Of a stretch of 64,000 nucleotides of DNA, positions 1 through 12,319 are shown one piece after another. Every line of letters starts with the position of its first letter. Position 1 is the first letter of the stretch. Made by a program: the position numbers and the translations under genes. This DNA comes from Piromyces finnis finn (Eukaryota; Fungi; Neocallimastigomycota): assembly GCA_002104945.1 (NCBI GenBank), contig MCFH01000015.1, forward strand, positions 620,001 through 684,000, written 5' to 3'. The notes under the pieces were generated by a model that ran no database searches, was not told where the DNA came from, and was given only the letters and a program-made list of their open reading frames with translations.

Positions 1-2349
1 CCACAACCTTCAGCAATAGCACCAAGAGCTAAAATGGCACATTCATTATCCTTCCAATCTGGACTATTTAATTTTTCTTGGAGAGGTGGAAGTAAAATTT
101 CTAATAAATTACTACTGTAAATAGTAGAGAATTCATCTAATGTGAAAGCAGCACACTTTCTAAGATTCCATTCATAGGCAAATTCATCTTCATCTTCATC
201 TTCATCTTCTTCATCATCATCCTTTCCTTCCTTTTCTTCACCCATACCGTGAGCATTCTTTGATTTGTGATGCATTGGTTTAATATCTTGTTCAGTATCT
301 TGGTTATTATCGTCTTGTTCAAGCATATCAATTTCTTCTTCACTGTAAATCATACTCTTTAATAAAATTTGAATAACCCTAGAATAATATCAATTTTACA
401 CATGTCGAAATAAATAAATATATATATATATATAATTATACAAAATTAAAAGGATTATATTATAAAATAAAAAATGTTAGAATTACGTAATTTAAGCAAG
501 AGAATAAAGTATGTCAATTAAAAATGATAAATAAACCAGTCTATTTATTTTATCCATAAAATAAACACTGATTATTGAATAAAATATAATTTTTTCCTCC
601 ATTATTCTTTTTAAAATTATTTCCTTCCAAATAATAAAATAATAACAGGCAAAAAAAAAATATTTATCAAAGAAGTTAACTTACTTTGGTAAGAATGGTT
701 CAATGTATTGACTTAATTCGTATTTTTCAGCGAAAACAAGCCAGAATTCACAAGCTTCAAGAGCAACAGATTCGTCTTCATCATTAGTACAGTATAACAT
801 AAAATTGACAACATTTTCAATTTCTGGAATTAATTGATTTGGATAGACATCAAGGATATTAACAAGAGATTGACAAAGGTATTTACGAACTTCTTGATCG
901 TTATCACTAGTTCTTTGATATAATCCTTGAACGTAATTGTTAATGTTGGCATTGAGAGCTTCAGAGTTTGAAGTAATGAAATGATTAATACATTTAATAG
1001 CATCTCTTCTAACCTTAGCACTTGGGCTTTCGAATAATTTAATAAGCTTTGGAATCATATAGAATAATGGTTTACTGGCATCTTCATTTAATTGACGAGT
1101 GTTATCTTCACAAATCTTTTCTAAAGCGTTAATACTAGCCTATTTTTTTTAATGATTTTATTTTTAGGTTATACCGATGATGTTAATATGGATAAAAGAA
1201 TGGAAATGGGTTAAAACAGGAAATATAAATGCAAATTTTATTGTATAGTAGTATTTGATAATAAAAATTGAATATCAATAGGTGATTATTGGGTTGTATT
1301 ATAATAAACCAATGAATATGTAAATATTTATAAAAATTGGAAATAGAATAGAAATATGGTGAGATAATAAAAAAAAATAATTTTTTTAGTTAAAAAAATG
1401 GTATCTATCTAAATTAATTTTTGTCTATCACTACTAAAACTAATATATATATATATATTTTATCATGGTAATAATAAAAATGGATTTATTTCTATTGTGG
1501 TGAGTAATATAGCTTATATAACAATAACAAAGGAATATACATACTTCAACAACATAAGCTTCTGGATGATCTAATAATTTATCAAGACCTGGTAAAACTT
1601 CTGGCCATGATTCTAAACCGTAAATATTAATGATAGTAGAAATAAGAGTACCGGAAGTTAATCTTATCATCTTATCCTTGTCGACAAGAGTTTGAATGGA
1701 AGCTTCCTTAGCACGTGATATGATTTCTGGAGTAATGTTATTGTTGGAGTTGACGATATTATTCTTAAGATATAAACCAGATTGATTACGAATGAAAAGG
1801 TTAGTTTGTGGAAGGTCAGCATTAGCGAAAATGTACATTAAATAGTTGTTAAAATCTGGAATGGCATTGAAAGATTGAAGTTGCTATTTTTATAAAGGTA
1901 TGAAAAATGTCGAGTATTTTATATATATTTTTAAATTTATTTCAAGGAAGGTGGATAATAAATAAATAATAGATAAAAAAAAAAAGTTAGAAATATATGC
2001 TCGAAAGAGATAACTATTACTAAATTTTTCATTTTGTCCTATATTAAACCTTAAACTATTTATATTATAAATTTTTATTGTATATTTATATCTAGTCTAG
2101 TCTATATATAATTATACTATTTTCATAATTCAAAAATTATTATTGAATTATAGAGATATATGACGTTCAACTAGAGTCTTTTTTTTTTTTGTACAATTTA
2201 TTATTTAAACCATATATTAAAAATAGTAATATTTAAATCGTGATAATTACAGTGTAAACCATCATTTGAACAGTACTATCTGGAGATTGAGCCTTATTTA
2301 AAAGGTCAATTAATTGACTTAAACTAGTGGGATCTGGTTGCCAACTCAT
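1..2349 (-). CDS. KAP104: Transportin-1 / karyopherin beta-2 (importin-beta family HEAT-repeat protein); 3' part lies beyond the left window edge
   Basis: Manually spliced minus-strand exons 2349-2251 (MSWQPDPTSLSQLIDLLNKAQSPD...), 1883-1545 (QLQSFNAIPDFNNYL...), 1139-685 (ASINALEKICED...EACEFW) and 378-<1, all with GT..AG junctions that keep the frame. Contains the acidic H8 loop followed by WNLRKCAA and ILALGAIAEGC, typical of transportin-1. Confidence 0.93.
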
Positions 2350-3903
2350 TTTTTTTATTTATTTATTTATTTGTTATAAATTAATTTCAAAAAAGAGATT
2401 AAGTAAAATTTTAAAGAGTGTATAAACTTGGATAGAAATAAATTAATAAATAAATTCTAAAGTTTTTTTTTTTTTTTAAAAAAAAAAGTAAATTTTAAAC
2501 CTTTATAATTTATTATTTATAGGTTTATATCTATAATATTAAAGAAATTCTATAATTGTATATATTTATAAAAAAAATAAACTTTAGAATGTCTAATTCA
2601 AAAAAAGAGGAATATTGGTAAAAAAAAAAAAAAATTAATTTTTTTTAGGACGATATTGAATAGAATTATGATAATAATAAATAAATAAATAAATAAATGT
2701 AATAAATAACTAAATAAATAATATATAAATGAATGAATAAATAAATATAAATTAAATAAATAACTAATAGATGATTATTTAAATAAAGATTTTTTTTTTT
2801 TGATAATCATTTTAAGCTTAATAATAAACAATATATTAAATTGTATTATTTTAATTTATTTTAATATATAGAAAAATATTAAAATCTTGAAAAAGCAATT
2901 TTTTTTTTTAATATTAACCATTGTCATGGTCGGTGTCATTAACAACTTTTTATAGTAATAATTTATTTTTGAAAAAATAAAGGTAGGATATAAAAAAAGT
3001 AGTAGATACAATAGGTAATAAAAAAAAAAAGAAAACTATAAAAATAGTAATACTATATTTTCTATAATAACCTAATAACTTCCATCAGACTATTCATTTC
3101 ACTCTTGGTTCTTTAGTGCAAATACATTATGGTGCTTCTTTTACATTGAGTGGCTTATTATTAATCTACAATAAAATAAAATGATTGGATAAATTTCTAA
3201 ATATTATTTATTTAAACTTTAATGTATCAAAGATTTAATGTAATTAAAAAGATTTAATTTATTTCAAAAGTCAATGGATAAAAAAATAAATAACTAAATA
3301 AATTGTAAAGTAGGAAATCTGATATTAGAAAAGGAGGACTATGCAAACAATAATGTTGGAAGGAATGGGTGGAATGGTTAGTTTATAGAAAACTTGATAT
3401 GATAAATATTAATTCAAAAGAGGTCGAATAGAATTTGTAATTTTTTTTTTTTTTTAAAAAAAAAGTTTTTTAAAATCTTTGTTTTTATTATTTTTCTTTT
3501 TTTTTATTTTTATTTTTATTTTATTTTGAAATTATATTTAATAACCTTTTTTTTTTTTTTAATATAGAATAATGTTTAAATTTTAATTATTTAAAATAAA
3601 AACAAATAGTAATTGATATACTTTATATACCAAACTCGTTTTTTTTTTTTTCTTTTTGTTAATAATAAATTAAATAAATAAATATTATTATGAATACTTC
3701 TTTTTAAACGAAATCGATTAATATACAAGATATTCTATGTATTTTTTTTCTTCAAGAATAATTATCTTTTTTTTTCTTTTGTTGGTCATTAATAATATGG
3801 TATATATTAATAAACCTTTTATCCTTTTAGTAATTAATTACTAAAATGAAATGAAAGGGTTTGTTTTTAATTGGTTTTAATGATTGATCCCATTTTTAAT
3901 AAT

Positions 3904-6111
3904 TTAGGCCTTGTGTTCTTCACCAATAATGTCCATCCAAGTTTTGCCTTCCTTGTTTAAGGCTTCAACAAGATCCTTCTTGATGGTGGTTAAAAGACAT
4001 GGTCCATCAAATTGTGGCTTGTAGCATTCGTAAGAAAGTCTGGTGAAAAGTTGAACCATAGTAGCACCAGCTCTAGCGAAAGCAAGAACTTCCTTAGCAG
4101 AAGAAACACCACCACAACCCATGATTGGGATCTTACCGTTGGTTAACTTGTAGAACTTTCTAACAACTTCAATAGACATTGGGAATAATGGTTCACCAGA
4201 TAAACCACCAGCTTCCTTTAAAAGTTCTGGGTCTATAGTTGGAATTTTTTGATAATGAATACAATAATTATTATTGTTTGGTTTTCAGAATTAAAATTAT
4301 GTACATATTAATTTTGATTATGAATAGAGATAAAAATTTAATTGAGAATTAAAAAAAAAATAAAACATAGAATAATAAATAGTAAAAATTAGTAAAATGA
4401 AAACGCCTATTTTCTTTCAATTATTATATTTATAAAATTTATATTAAAAAAAAAAAACTTACCACTCTTAAGAGTGGATGGACGCTTAGTAGAAGTGTTG
4501 GTAAGAACAACAGCATCAATTCTACCGATTTCCATAAGAGTGTTAGCAATGTTTTCTAATTCATCATCAGTAACATCTGGAGAAATCTTGACAACAAATG
4601 GTGGTTGTCTTGGTAATTCATCTCTAGCCTTAAGGACCTATATTTCCAAAACAGCACAAAATTAATAAAGGAAAATGAAAAAAAAAAAAAAAATCATATT
4701 TAAAATCTCAAAAAATATAAAATGTATTGGAAAAAATATACGCCATTATAATTATATCATAATTCATATTATATATTACACCTTAATATTATAATGCTAT
4801 ATTTTTTCTTTTTTTTTTTTCATATAAAAAAAATCAATTTTATATACTTACAGCATTAAGTAAGTTCTTTAAGGTATCCTTTTCTTGTAAGGCACGAAGA
4901 CCTGGTAAGTTTGGACAACTGACATTGATGACAATGAAATCAGCGTACATACCTAATTCCTTGACACCAAGAACGTAATCATCAAAGGAATCTTGTGGAG
5001 AAGCCTTATTCTTACCTAAGTTAATACCGAGCATCTTACCTTCACGGAAAGATAAGTTACCAGATTCATTTGGAGTAGTTGGGTCATGGTGGTAAACATC
5101 TTGAGCACGCTTGATAAGGTTTTCCTTAAAAACAGCATGACCCTTGGAGTTGAAACCGTATCTGTTAATGGCAGCGTGATCTGGCTTTAAAATGAAAAGA
5201 ACTGGTGGTGGGTTACCTGGCTGTTTGTTTTAACAATAATATGATTTGAATTGACAATTAATGATGAAATTCATTATTTAATCCATTAGTGAATATGAAA
5301 TAATAATAAAAAAATCCAGATATATAAATTGTTGGTAATAAGCATTTATGATAAATAAACCGATTATGTATTTTTTTTTAACGATAATATTGTAGTTATT
5401 ATTTAAACAAAAAAAAAGTTTTTTTTTTTTAATTTGAAGTAATGGAATATTATAGGAATATTATATTTAATTGAAAAAAAGTAAAAAAATATTAAAAAAA
5501 AAAAGAGATAGATATTATACATATAAATATTAAGTATAAAATAATATATATTTTTATAATATAGCTAAAATAGATATTTATTTAATAGTATTTTTTTTTG
5601 TGATAGAAACTTACTTGTGGAAGTGGAGTAACACTACCAACTTCAACAGCACCAAAACCAAGATCTAAGAAATCTTCAATAGCTTCAGCGTGCTTATCAA
5701 AACCAGCAGCTAAAACGAGTGGGTTAGAAACGTTCTTACCGAACATCTTTACAATTTATCAAAATATAAATATTATTAATAAGTTTTTTTAATAGATATG
5801 TATATATATATTTTCATCAATATAACATGTTTAATATTTATTTATTGCTTATTTAGTTTTTTTTTTTTTTTTGTATAATAATTTAATTTATATATATATT
5901 TTTGAATATATTTTTTTATGGTGGTGATATTGATTTGAAATGCAAAATTTATTGCTCCTATCTTTTTTTTTTATTATTATTATTCTTCTTCTTATTAATA
6001 TTATTCTTATTGTCAAAAGAGTTTCATTAGATAAAAAATATTTACTTTAACTTCAAGAACTTTATCGTCCTTGCTTAAATCTCTTGGGTAGTTATCAGAA
6101 ATTAAAACCAT
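3904..6111 (-). CDS. URA9: Class-II-type dihydroorotate dehydrogenase, N-terminally truncated, Cys active site (356 aa)
   Basis: Five exons 6111-6046, 5746-5615, 5220-4852, 4637-4463 and 4232-3904 join in frame (357 codons including stop). Motifs [58 protein letters not shown] and GATMVQL. Confidence 0.96.
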
Positions 6112-6829
6112 TTTCGTTTATAAAGAAATATAATATTTAAATTTTAAGGTGTAAAGAAAAAAAAAAAAATTTTTTTTTGTTATATATATATTTTTAATAT
6201 AAAATGCATATATTAAATCTTTTTTTTTTTTTTTACTTTTTTGCTAATTTCATCCTAAATCTTATTTAAAATTATTTTTAAAAAAATATTAATTTTTAAC
6301 CAATCATGTTTCAATATATATTTTAAAATTTGGAATATTGAATATTAAAAAAAAAAAAAAAAAAGATGACATTGAGTTTATAAAGTAGATGATGCACTCT
6401 TTTATTAACCGTAGTTTTAATAGTAATGGTATCAATGTTCATTTTTTAAATGTATAAACCATGATTAATAGTTTTTTTTCTTTTTAATAAATTTTTAAAA
6501 AGTATAAATAATAATTTTAAAAAACTTTAATTTGTTAAAATTAATATGAATTAACTTTCAAAGTTTTAAAGATGATAATAAAAGGAATAAAAGAATAATA
6601 AAAAGGAATGAATAATAAATATAGAAAAATATATAATTATTAATATTAAATCAATTGTTATATATTTTAAAATATGTAAATATTTATCTCTCTATCTATA
6701 GCTATAATAGTTTTTATAAATATATAACGTCTTTAATTTTTTATAATAACGTGTCAATTTATATAAAGTGTACTTTTTTTTTTTATTTAAAAAAATTTAT
6801 AACGCTATAACAAATAATAATGATGATAA

Positions 6830-7436
6830 TAGTAATAGTAATAGTCAAAGTAATAGTAATAGTCAAAGTAATAGTAATAGTCAAAGTAATAGTAATAGTA
6901 ATAGTAATAGTAATAGTAATAGTCAAAGTAATAGTAATAGTCAAAGTAATAGTAATAGTCAAAGTAATAGTAATAGTCAAAGTAATAGTAATAGTCAAAG
7001 TAATAGTAATAGTAATAGTAATAGTAATAGTAATAGTAATAGTAATAGTAATAGTAATAGTAATAGTAATAGTAATAGTAATAGTAATAGTAATAGTAAT
7101 AGTAATAGTCATAGTAATAGTAATAGTAATAGTAATAGTAATAGTAATAGTAATAGTCATAGTAATAGTAATAGTAATAGTAATAGTAATAGTAATAGTA
7201 ATAGTAATACTATGTATTATGTATTCGTATGTAGTAATTGTAATTGTAGTAATAGTAATAGTAATAGTCAAAGTAATAGTAATAGTAATACTATGTATTA
7301 TGTATTCGTATGTAGTAATAGTAATAGTAATAGTAATAGTAATAGTAATAGTAATAGTAATAGTAATAGTAATAGTAATAGTAATAGTAATAGTAATAGT
7401 AATAGTAATAAACATAATAATAATAGTAATAGTAAT
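6830..7436 (+). repeat. (TAGTAA)n composite satellite with AGTCAA variants and two embedded copies of ACTATGTATTATGTATTCGTATGTAGT
   Basis: About 100 hexamer units visible directly; embedded 27-nt motif at ~7210 and ~7290. Confidence 0.95.
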
Positions 7437-8374
7437 AAATATAATAATAATAATAATAATAAAACAAACCTTCTAAAACCCTTTATAATTTCAATATAAA
7501 TTAATGATTGCATTTATCTTTTGATATTACCTGAATAAAAAAAAAAAAAAAGGCATTTCCTTCTACCAAGAATTAAAAAAAAAAAAAAAGACTTTTTATT
7601 TCTTAATTTTCATGGAATACAAGAAACCATTTTTCTCCATTTCATAATAAATTTCTCCTAAAACCAAGAGTTAAAAAAGACCTATATTTTAATTTTTTTT
7701 TTTTTTTTTTTTACAGAAAATAAATAAATTAAAAAGTGTAAAAATTAAAAAGTATTATATTTGTCTCTATTCGAATATAAAGCTATCCTGTTTTAAAATA
7801 GGATCCACAGAAACTATAATGGATAAATTATCCATCCTTGTAATGGCACTTTTTTTTTTTTTTTTTTTTTAATAAATCATCTCTCAAATTGCCATTCTAT
7901 GTCATCTTATATTACTTCCTAAACACAATAAATTTACCACATTTTCCTATTTAATTCATAACCTTTAGTACACTTTTTCTACTTTCCTCCCTTTCAAACT
8001 ACCACACTATCCAGTTTAATATAAAAAAAAAAAAACACCAAATACACATTAATTTTTTAAATTCAATCATACACCCATTTCTTTTTTTTTTTTTATAAAT
8101 ATTAATAAATAAAAAGTAGAAAAACAAAATATTTTTCTTTGTTCTTTACTTTTTATTCTTTATTTATTTATATTTTTTTATGATAGTACAAAAATTGAAT
8201 TTTTTGTTAAAAAAAGTTTTTCTAAAAATAATTCTATAGAGAATGTATTAAAATTCTAGAGCGTATTGTTTAGAGATATTTACATTTGAAGGAATGGAAT
8301 AAAAAAAAATTTCTTTTTTTTTTTTAAACCTTCCATCATATGTTCTTTTTTTTCTAATAGTAATGTAAAAAAGT

Positions 8375-8641
8375 TTAGTTCTTGTTAGCCTTGGCTAAGA
8401 TTTCTTTTTGAGTTTCAATAAGGAATTGCTTGAAATCTTCTGGAATTTCACCCTTGAAAACCTTAAGATCTTCTGGGATTTCACCATTTGGGAAAAGAGC
8501 CTTTAACTTTGGTGGCATTTCTCCTGGCTTAGCACCTTCAAAGTATTCTGGACCTGGTGGACCATTTGGGAAAAGCTTCTTCCAGGATTCTGGAGCACCG
8601 TTTGGGAAGTATTTCTTAATAATGGCTGGAACTTCAGACAT
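8375..8641 (-). CDS. 88-aa Pro/Gly-rich microprotein with internal FPNG(E/A/P)xPE repeats, function unknown
   Basis: ATG after a poly-A leader, clean TAA stop, a GC-elevated island within AT-rich DNA, and codon choices (AAG, AAC, TTC, GCT, CCA) like the URA9 exons. No signal peptide. Confidence 0.7.
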   Translation of the reverse strand: MSEVPAIIKKYFPNGAPESWKKLFPNGPPGPEYFEGAKPGEMPPKLKALFPNGEIPEDLKVFKGEIPEDFKQFLIETQKEILAKANKN

Positions 8642-10553
8642 TTTTATGTTTTATTGTTGAATTTAAAAAAAAAGTCAAAGGAAAAAAAAAGGTTTATTTA
8701 TACTCTTTTTTTTTTGAAAACCTTTTTTTTTCTGTAAAGCTTGAATAGAATATATATTTAATATATGATAGAATATATTATGAAATATAATCAAAATATA
8801 ATCAAAATATATTCTTTTTCTTTTAGAAAATTCATTTTCTATTAAATTCTATATAAACGTTTTGTTTATTTTTTATGTTTTCTTTTTGAAAGCTCTTTTC
8901 AATTTTATTAGTCATTAAACTTTTTTCTTTTTTTGAAAATTTAATATGGATAATTCATTTAATGTTAGTCTATGGATTCATATATTATTTATTTTATTTT
9001 TTTAATTTAATAATTCAATTATAATATATGATGAAATAGCATTGACAATAGATTATGAATCAATTACAACTTATGATTTTCTCATTTTAATAAAAAATAA
9101 ACTTTTTTTTCTTTTATTAATTATATTAATAAATTAATTTTTAATTTATTTTTTCAAAATGTTTTGTTTGATGTCGCCATACCTTGAAAGCCAAAAAAAG
9201 ATTTTATCATGGGAAAAAGTCTGGCAAAAACTTTTATTCCTTAGGGAAAAAAGTCTAGCAAAAAACTTTTTCATTGTGTGTGTGTGTGTTTTTTTATTAT
9301 TTATTATCAACATTTTATAGTAAAAAAAAAAAGGAAATGTCATCATCTTTTAGTTGATAAAATGTAAAACATAAAACAAATTCAATTTCATACCAAAAAA
9401 TATGGTGATAATTTTGTTTTTGTTTTTGTTTTAGATTTTGTATAAAACAATTTTATTTTGTACATATCTATATAAATATAAAAAATAATATATCTTTTTT
9501 TTTTTTTTTAAAAAATAAATCTTTAAATTTTATTATTCATTCATTGCTTTTTTTTTTATTTTATTTTATATTTTTTTTGTAAATAAAAAGAAAGGATAAA
9601 TTCTCTTTTGAGACCTTTTAAACCATACATCTTGTTGAGACCATTGCCTTTTCAGTAAGCAGTGGCCTTTCAGTAAGCAGTGACTTTTTTGTTTATTTAC
9701 AAACTTTTTTAAATTTCCATTTTTTTTTGCATTATTAAATAATTCTATAAATTAATTAAATTAATATATTCTATTTATATTGAATTCATATATTATTTAA
9801 TGATTAAATATAAATTTAATTTATTTGTTTCATTTTGTACCAAAAGAAGATTAAAATCAATACTTAAATTACACCAATAACAGTAGGTGAAAAACTTTTT
9901 TTTTTTACCTAGTCAATGACCTAGACAAAATAGTAAAGAGGTGAAGAAAGAAATGTGGTAAAATAATGTTGAATTATTAGATGTAAATTAAAATAAAAAG
10001 AAAAAATTTATTATTTATAGTATTGGTATTGGTATTAGCATGGCTATGGGCAGGTGCATTGATATTACATTATTAGAGTTAATGTAACAACATGTTTCTA
10101 AAATTCATTTCCATTTTAGTTTTTAGTTTTATTTATAATTAAAAAATTTTATAATTAATTAATTAATAAATAAAAAAAAGAAATTAAATTTTTTAAAGTT
10201 TATTTTATAATAAAAATGGGATAATAAAAGTATACTTTTTTATAGTAGTAATGGTAGTGTAGTGAGTGGTGGTGATGGTAATGGTAATAAGGATGATGGC
10301 GAGTGGTAGCAGTAATAAATTATTAGTCTAGTCTATTTTGTTAAATTTCTATTTAATAATTATTATTTCATTAACTTTTCTTCCCACTTTGAATTTGTTG
10401 GATCAATTTTATTCCTAAAAATTTTCTATGCATAAATTTAAGGTATTTAAAGTTAATTTTTTCATTAAAGAATGGAACAATTTGTAGACCATTTTGGCTT
10501 AGGGATTTGTTTGTTTGTTTACTTTTCTACACAAGGCAATTCCATCCTTGCTT

Positions 10554-10586
<33 letters not shown>

Positions 10587-11548
10587 CACACAATCCTTTA
10601 AAGATAAAAAGGAATGCCATTCTTTTCTTTCTTTTTTTTTTTCTTTAAAATTAAAAAGTAACCAAATGGATAAGCAGAAAAAATACCAAAAGAAATTATA
10701 TAAAAAAAAAACATTTTTCCTTTTTAATTTATTTTGTGCTTATTAATAAATAGTAAAAGAATTATTCCATGAATGGTGAAAGTTTCATTTGAAAATAAAC
10801 GATGATAGTAAAACATTTTAGAATGGAAATAAAAAGAATAAGAAATTTAAATGATTTATAAGGTGTGAATCTTTTTTTTTTAGCTTTGTTCTAATAACAC
10901 AATCAGAGTACCAACAAGTAGTAATAACATAATTTCCTCTCTTTTTTTATCCTCAATTACTTTTTCCTTTTTTTTTTTTATATATAAAGTTCTAAAAAAG
11001 AAATCATGATTTTATTTAAACTTTTTAAAGTTAAATTCTACAAAAATGGTAAAAAAAAAAGGAAAAGGTTAGATTATAAACAGGGATAGAAAAGCGGGAT
11101 GATCTAGAAAAGATGCGTTTATTTTGAGCGGTTTTTTTTTTTTTTTTTTAAAAAAAAAAAGAAATATTAATGCTTATGGCTTTTGGTTTATTATTATTTT
11201 AAAGATAATAAATAGAAAGAAAGGATTGTGTAGTATTACTGTTAATACAATAAATATACTTTATTTTTTTTTTTCTAAAAAGAAAAGTTATTTTAATTTC
11301 ATTAGTTGGAAGATTCATACGATCAAATTTGTAGTTGACCTAAATCATGATTTTTCATAAAAATAAAAAAAAAAACATAGATAAACATTGGTAAATATTT
11401 ATTAATGTATTGTATTCCTGAAATATTATTATCTTTTTTTTTTTGTGATAAAACATATTCTCAAGATAAAAAGAAAGGAAAAACATAATCCATTATCAAT
11501 ACAATAATGTATTAATATTACAATGATTTATGTAGATATGTTTAATAT

Positions 11549-11600
11549 TACAATATGTTTACCTTCTACAATGATTTATGTAGAAGGTAAATATATTGTA
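11549..11600. other. 22-bp inverted repeat (hairpin) with 8-nt loop
   Basis: TACAATATGTTTACCTTCTACA (11549-11570) pairs with TGTAGAAGGTAAATATATTGTA (11579-11600) with one mismatch (a G.U pair in RNA). Confidence 0.8.
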
Positions 11601-12319
11601 GATTGTATACAAATTGTATACATCTAAAGGGATAAGTATTAAGAAAAGGTGGAAAGAATATATTATTAAATAGAAATGTAAAATAATTTCATGTTGTTGG
11701 TAGGGGTAAAAAAGGAATAGTAGTGATGTTTTATTTATTAATGAATGACTATTTTTATTTGTTTATTTATTAGAGATATTGATGATTATTGTAAAAGATT
11801 ATTGATTATAACAATATTAAGTATTATATATATAGATATTATTTTTTTACACTAGAAATGATTATTTATAAAGTTAAGAATACAAGTTATTATAGTTGTA
11901 AAAGATGACTATTTTTAATAGTTTATATGACATCCTTTTTTTTTTTTTTAATATATAAAAATAAATTGTAAAAATTGATAATAATACTAAAGAATTTTAT
12001 TAAAGAGTTATAATAATTCTTTTTATATATAAAAGTTTGGTCTTTTTTTTTTTTTTTTTTAAACTATTTATTTTTAATGACCAACTTTGTTATTTTAATT
12101 TTTTTTTTTTTTTTTTTTTTTAAAAAAATTAAAATTAATATCTATTAATTAATTATTAAGGATTAAGTAATAATAATAATAGTAATAGTTGAAAAAACAA
12201 AAGAGGATTAAAAGTAATCTCTCTCTCTCCCCTATTATTATTATTATTATATCTATATATACGGTATATACATATTTTATTATGAAAATGATGTTCTGTT
12301 TTTTTCACAAAAGTATTCT

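Noticed and set aside
1440-1544. ORF-track extension of KAP104 exon 2 (VCIFLCYCYISY...)
   Set aside because: Read-through into an intron after the GTATGT donor at 1544.
2590-3445. Possible small spliced plus-strand gene between KAP104 and URA9 (GC-elevated patches at ~2590, 2920, 3089, 3329 and 3421 with splice-like borders)
   Set aside because: I could not assemble a consistent in-frame exon chain or a recognisable product. It needs RNA-seq.
6768-7513. ORFs of 243, 210, 218 and 71 aa (NSNS/ITIT/VIVI/poly-L)
   Set aside because: These are translations of the (TAGTAA)n satellite, which is stop-free in several frames. They have no credible start context or domain.
8430-8660. Plus-strand 76-aa ORF overlapping the microprotein
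   Set aside because: Antisense shadow; codon bias and start context favour the minus-strand ORF.
9146-11360. Short F/K/I-rich ORFs (9146, 10507, 11124) and similar ones at 30513, 31024, 32924, 37001, 42898, 50458 and 60460
   Set aside because: Built from homopolymer and microsatellite runs in AT-rich intergenic DNA, with no coding signature.
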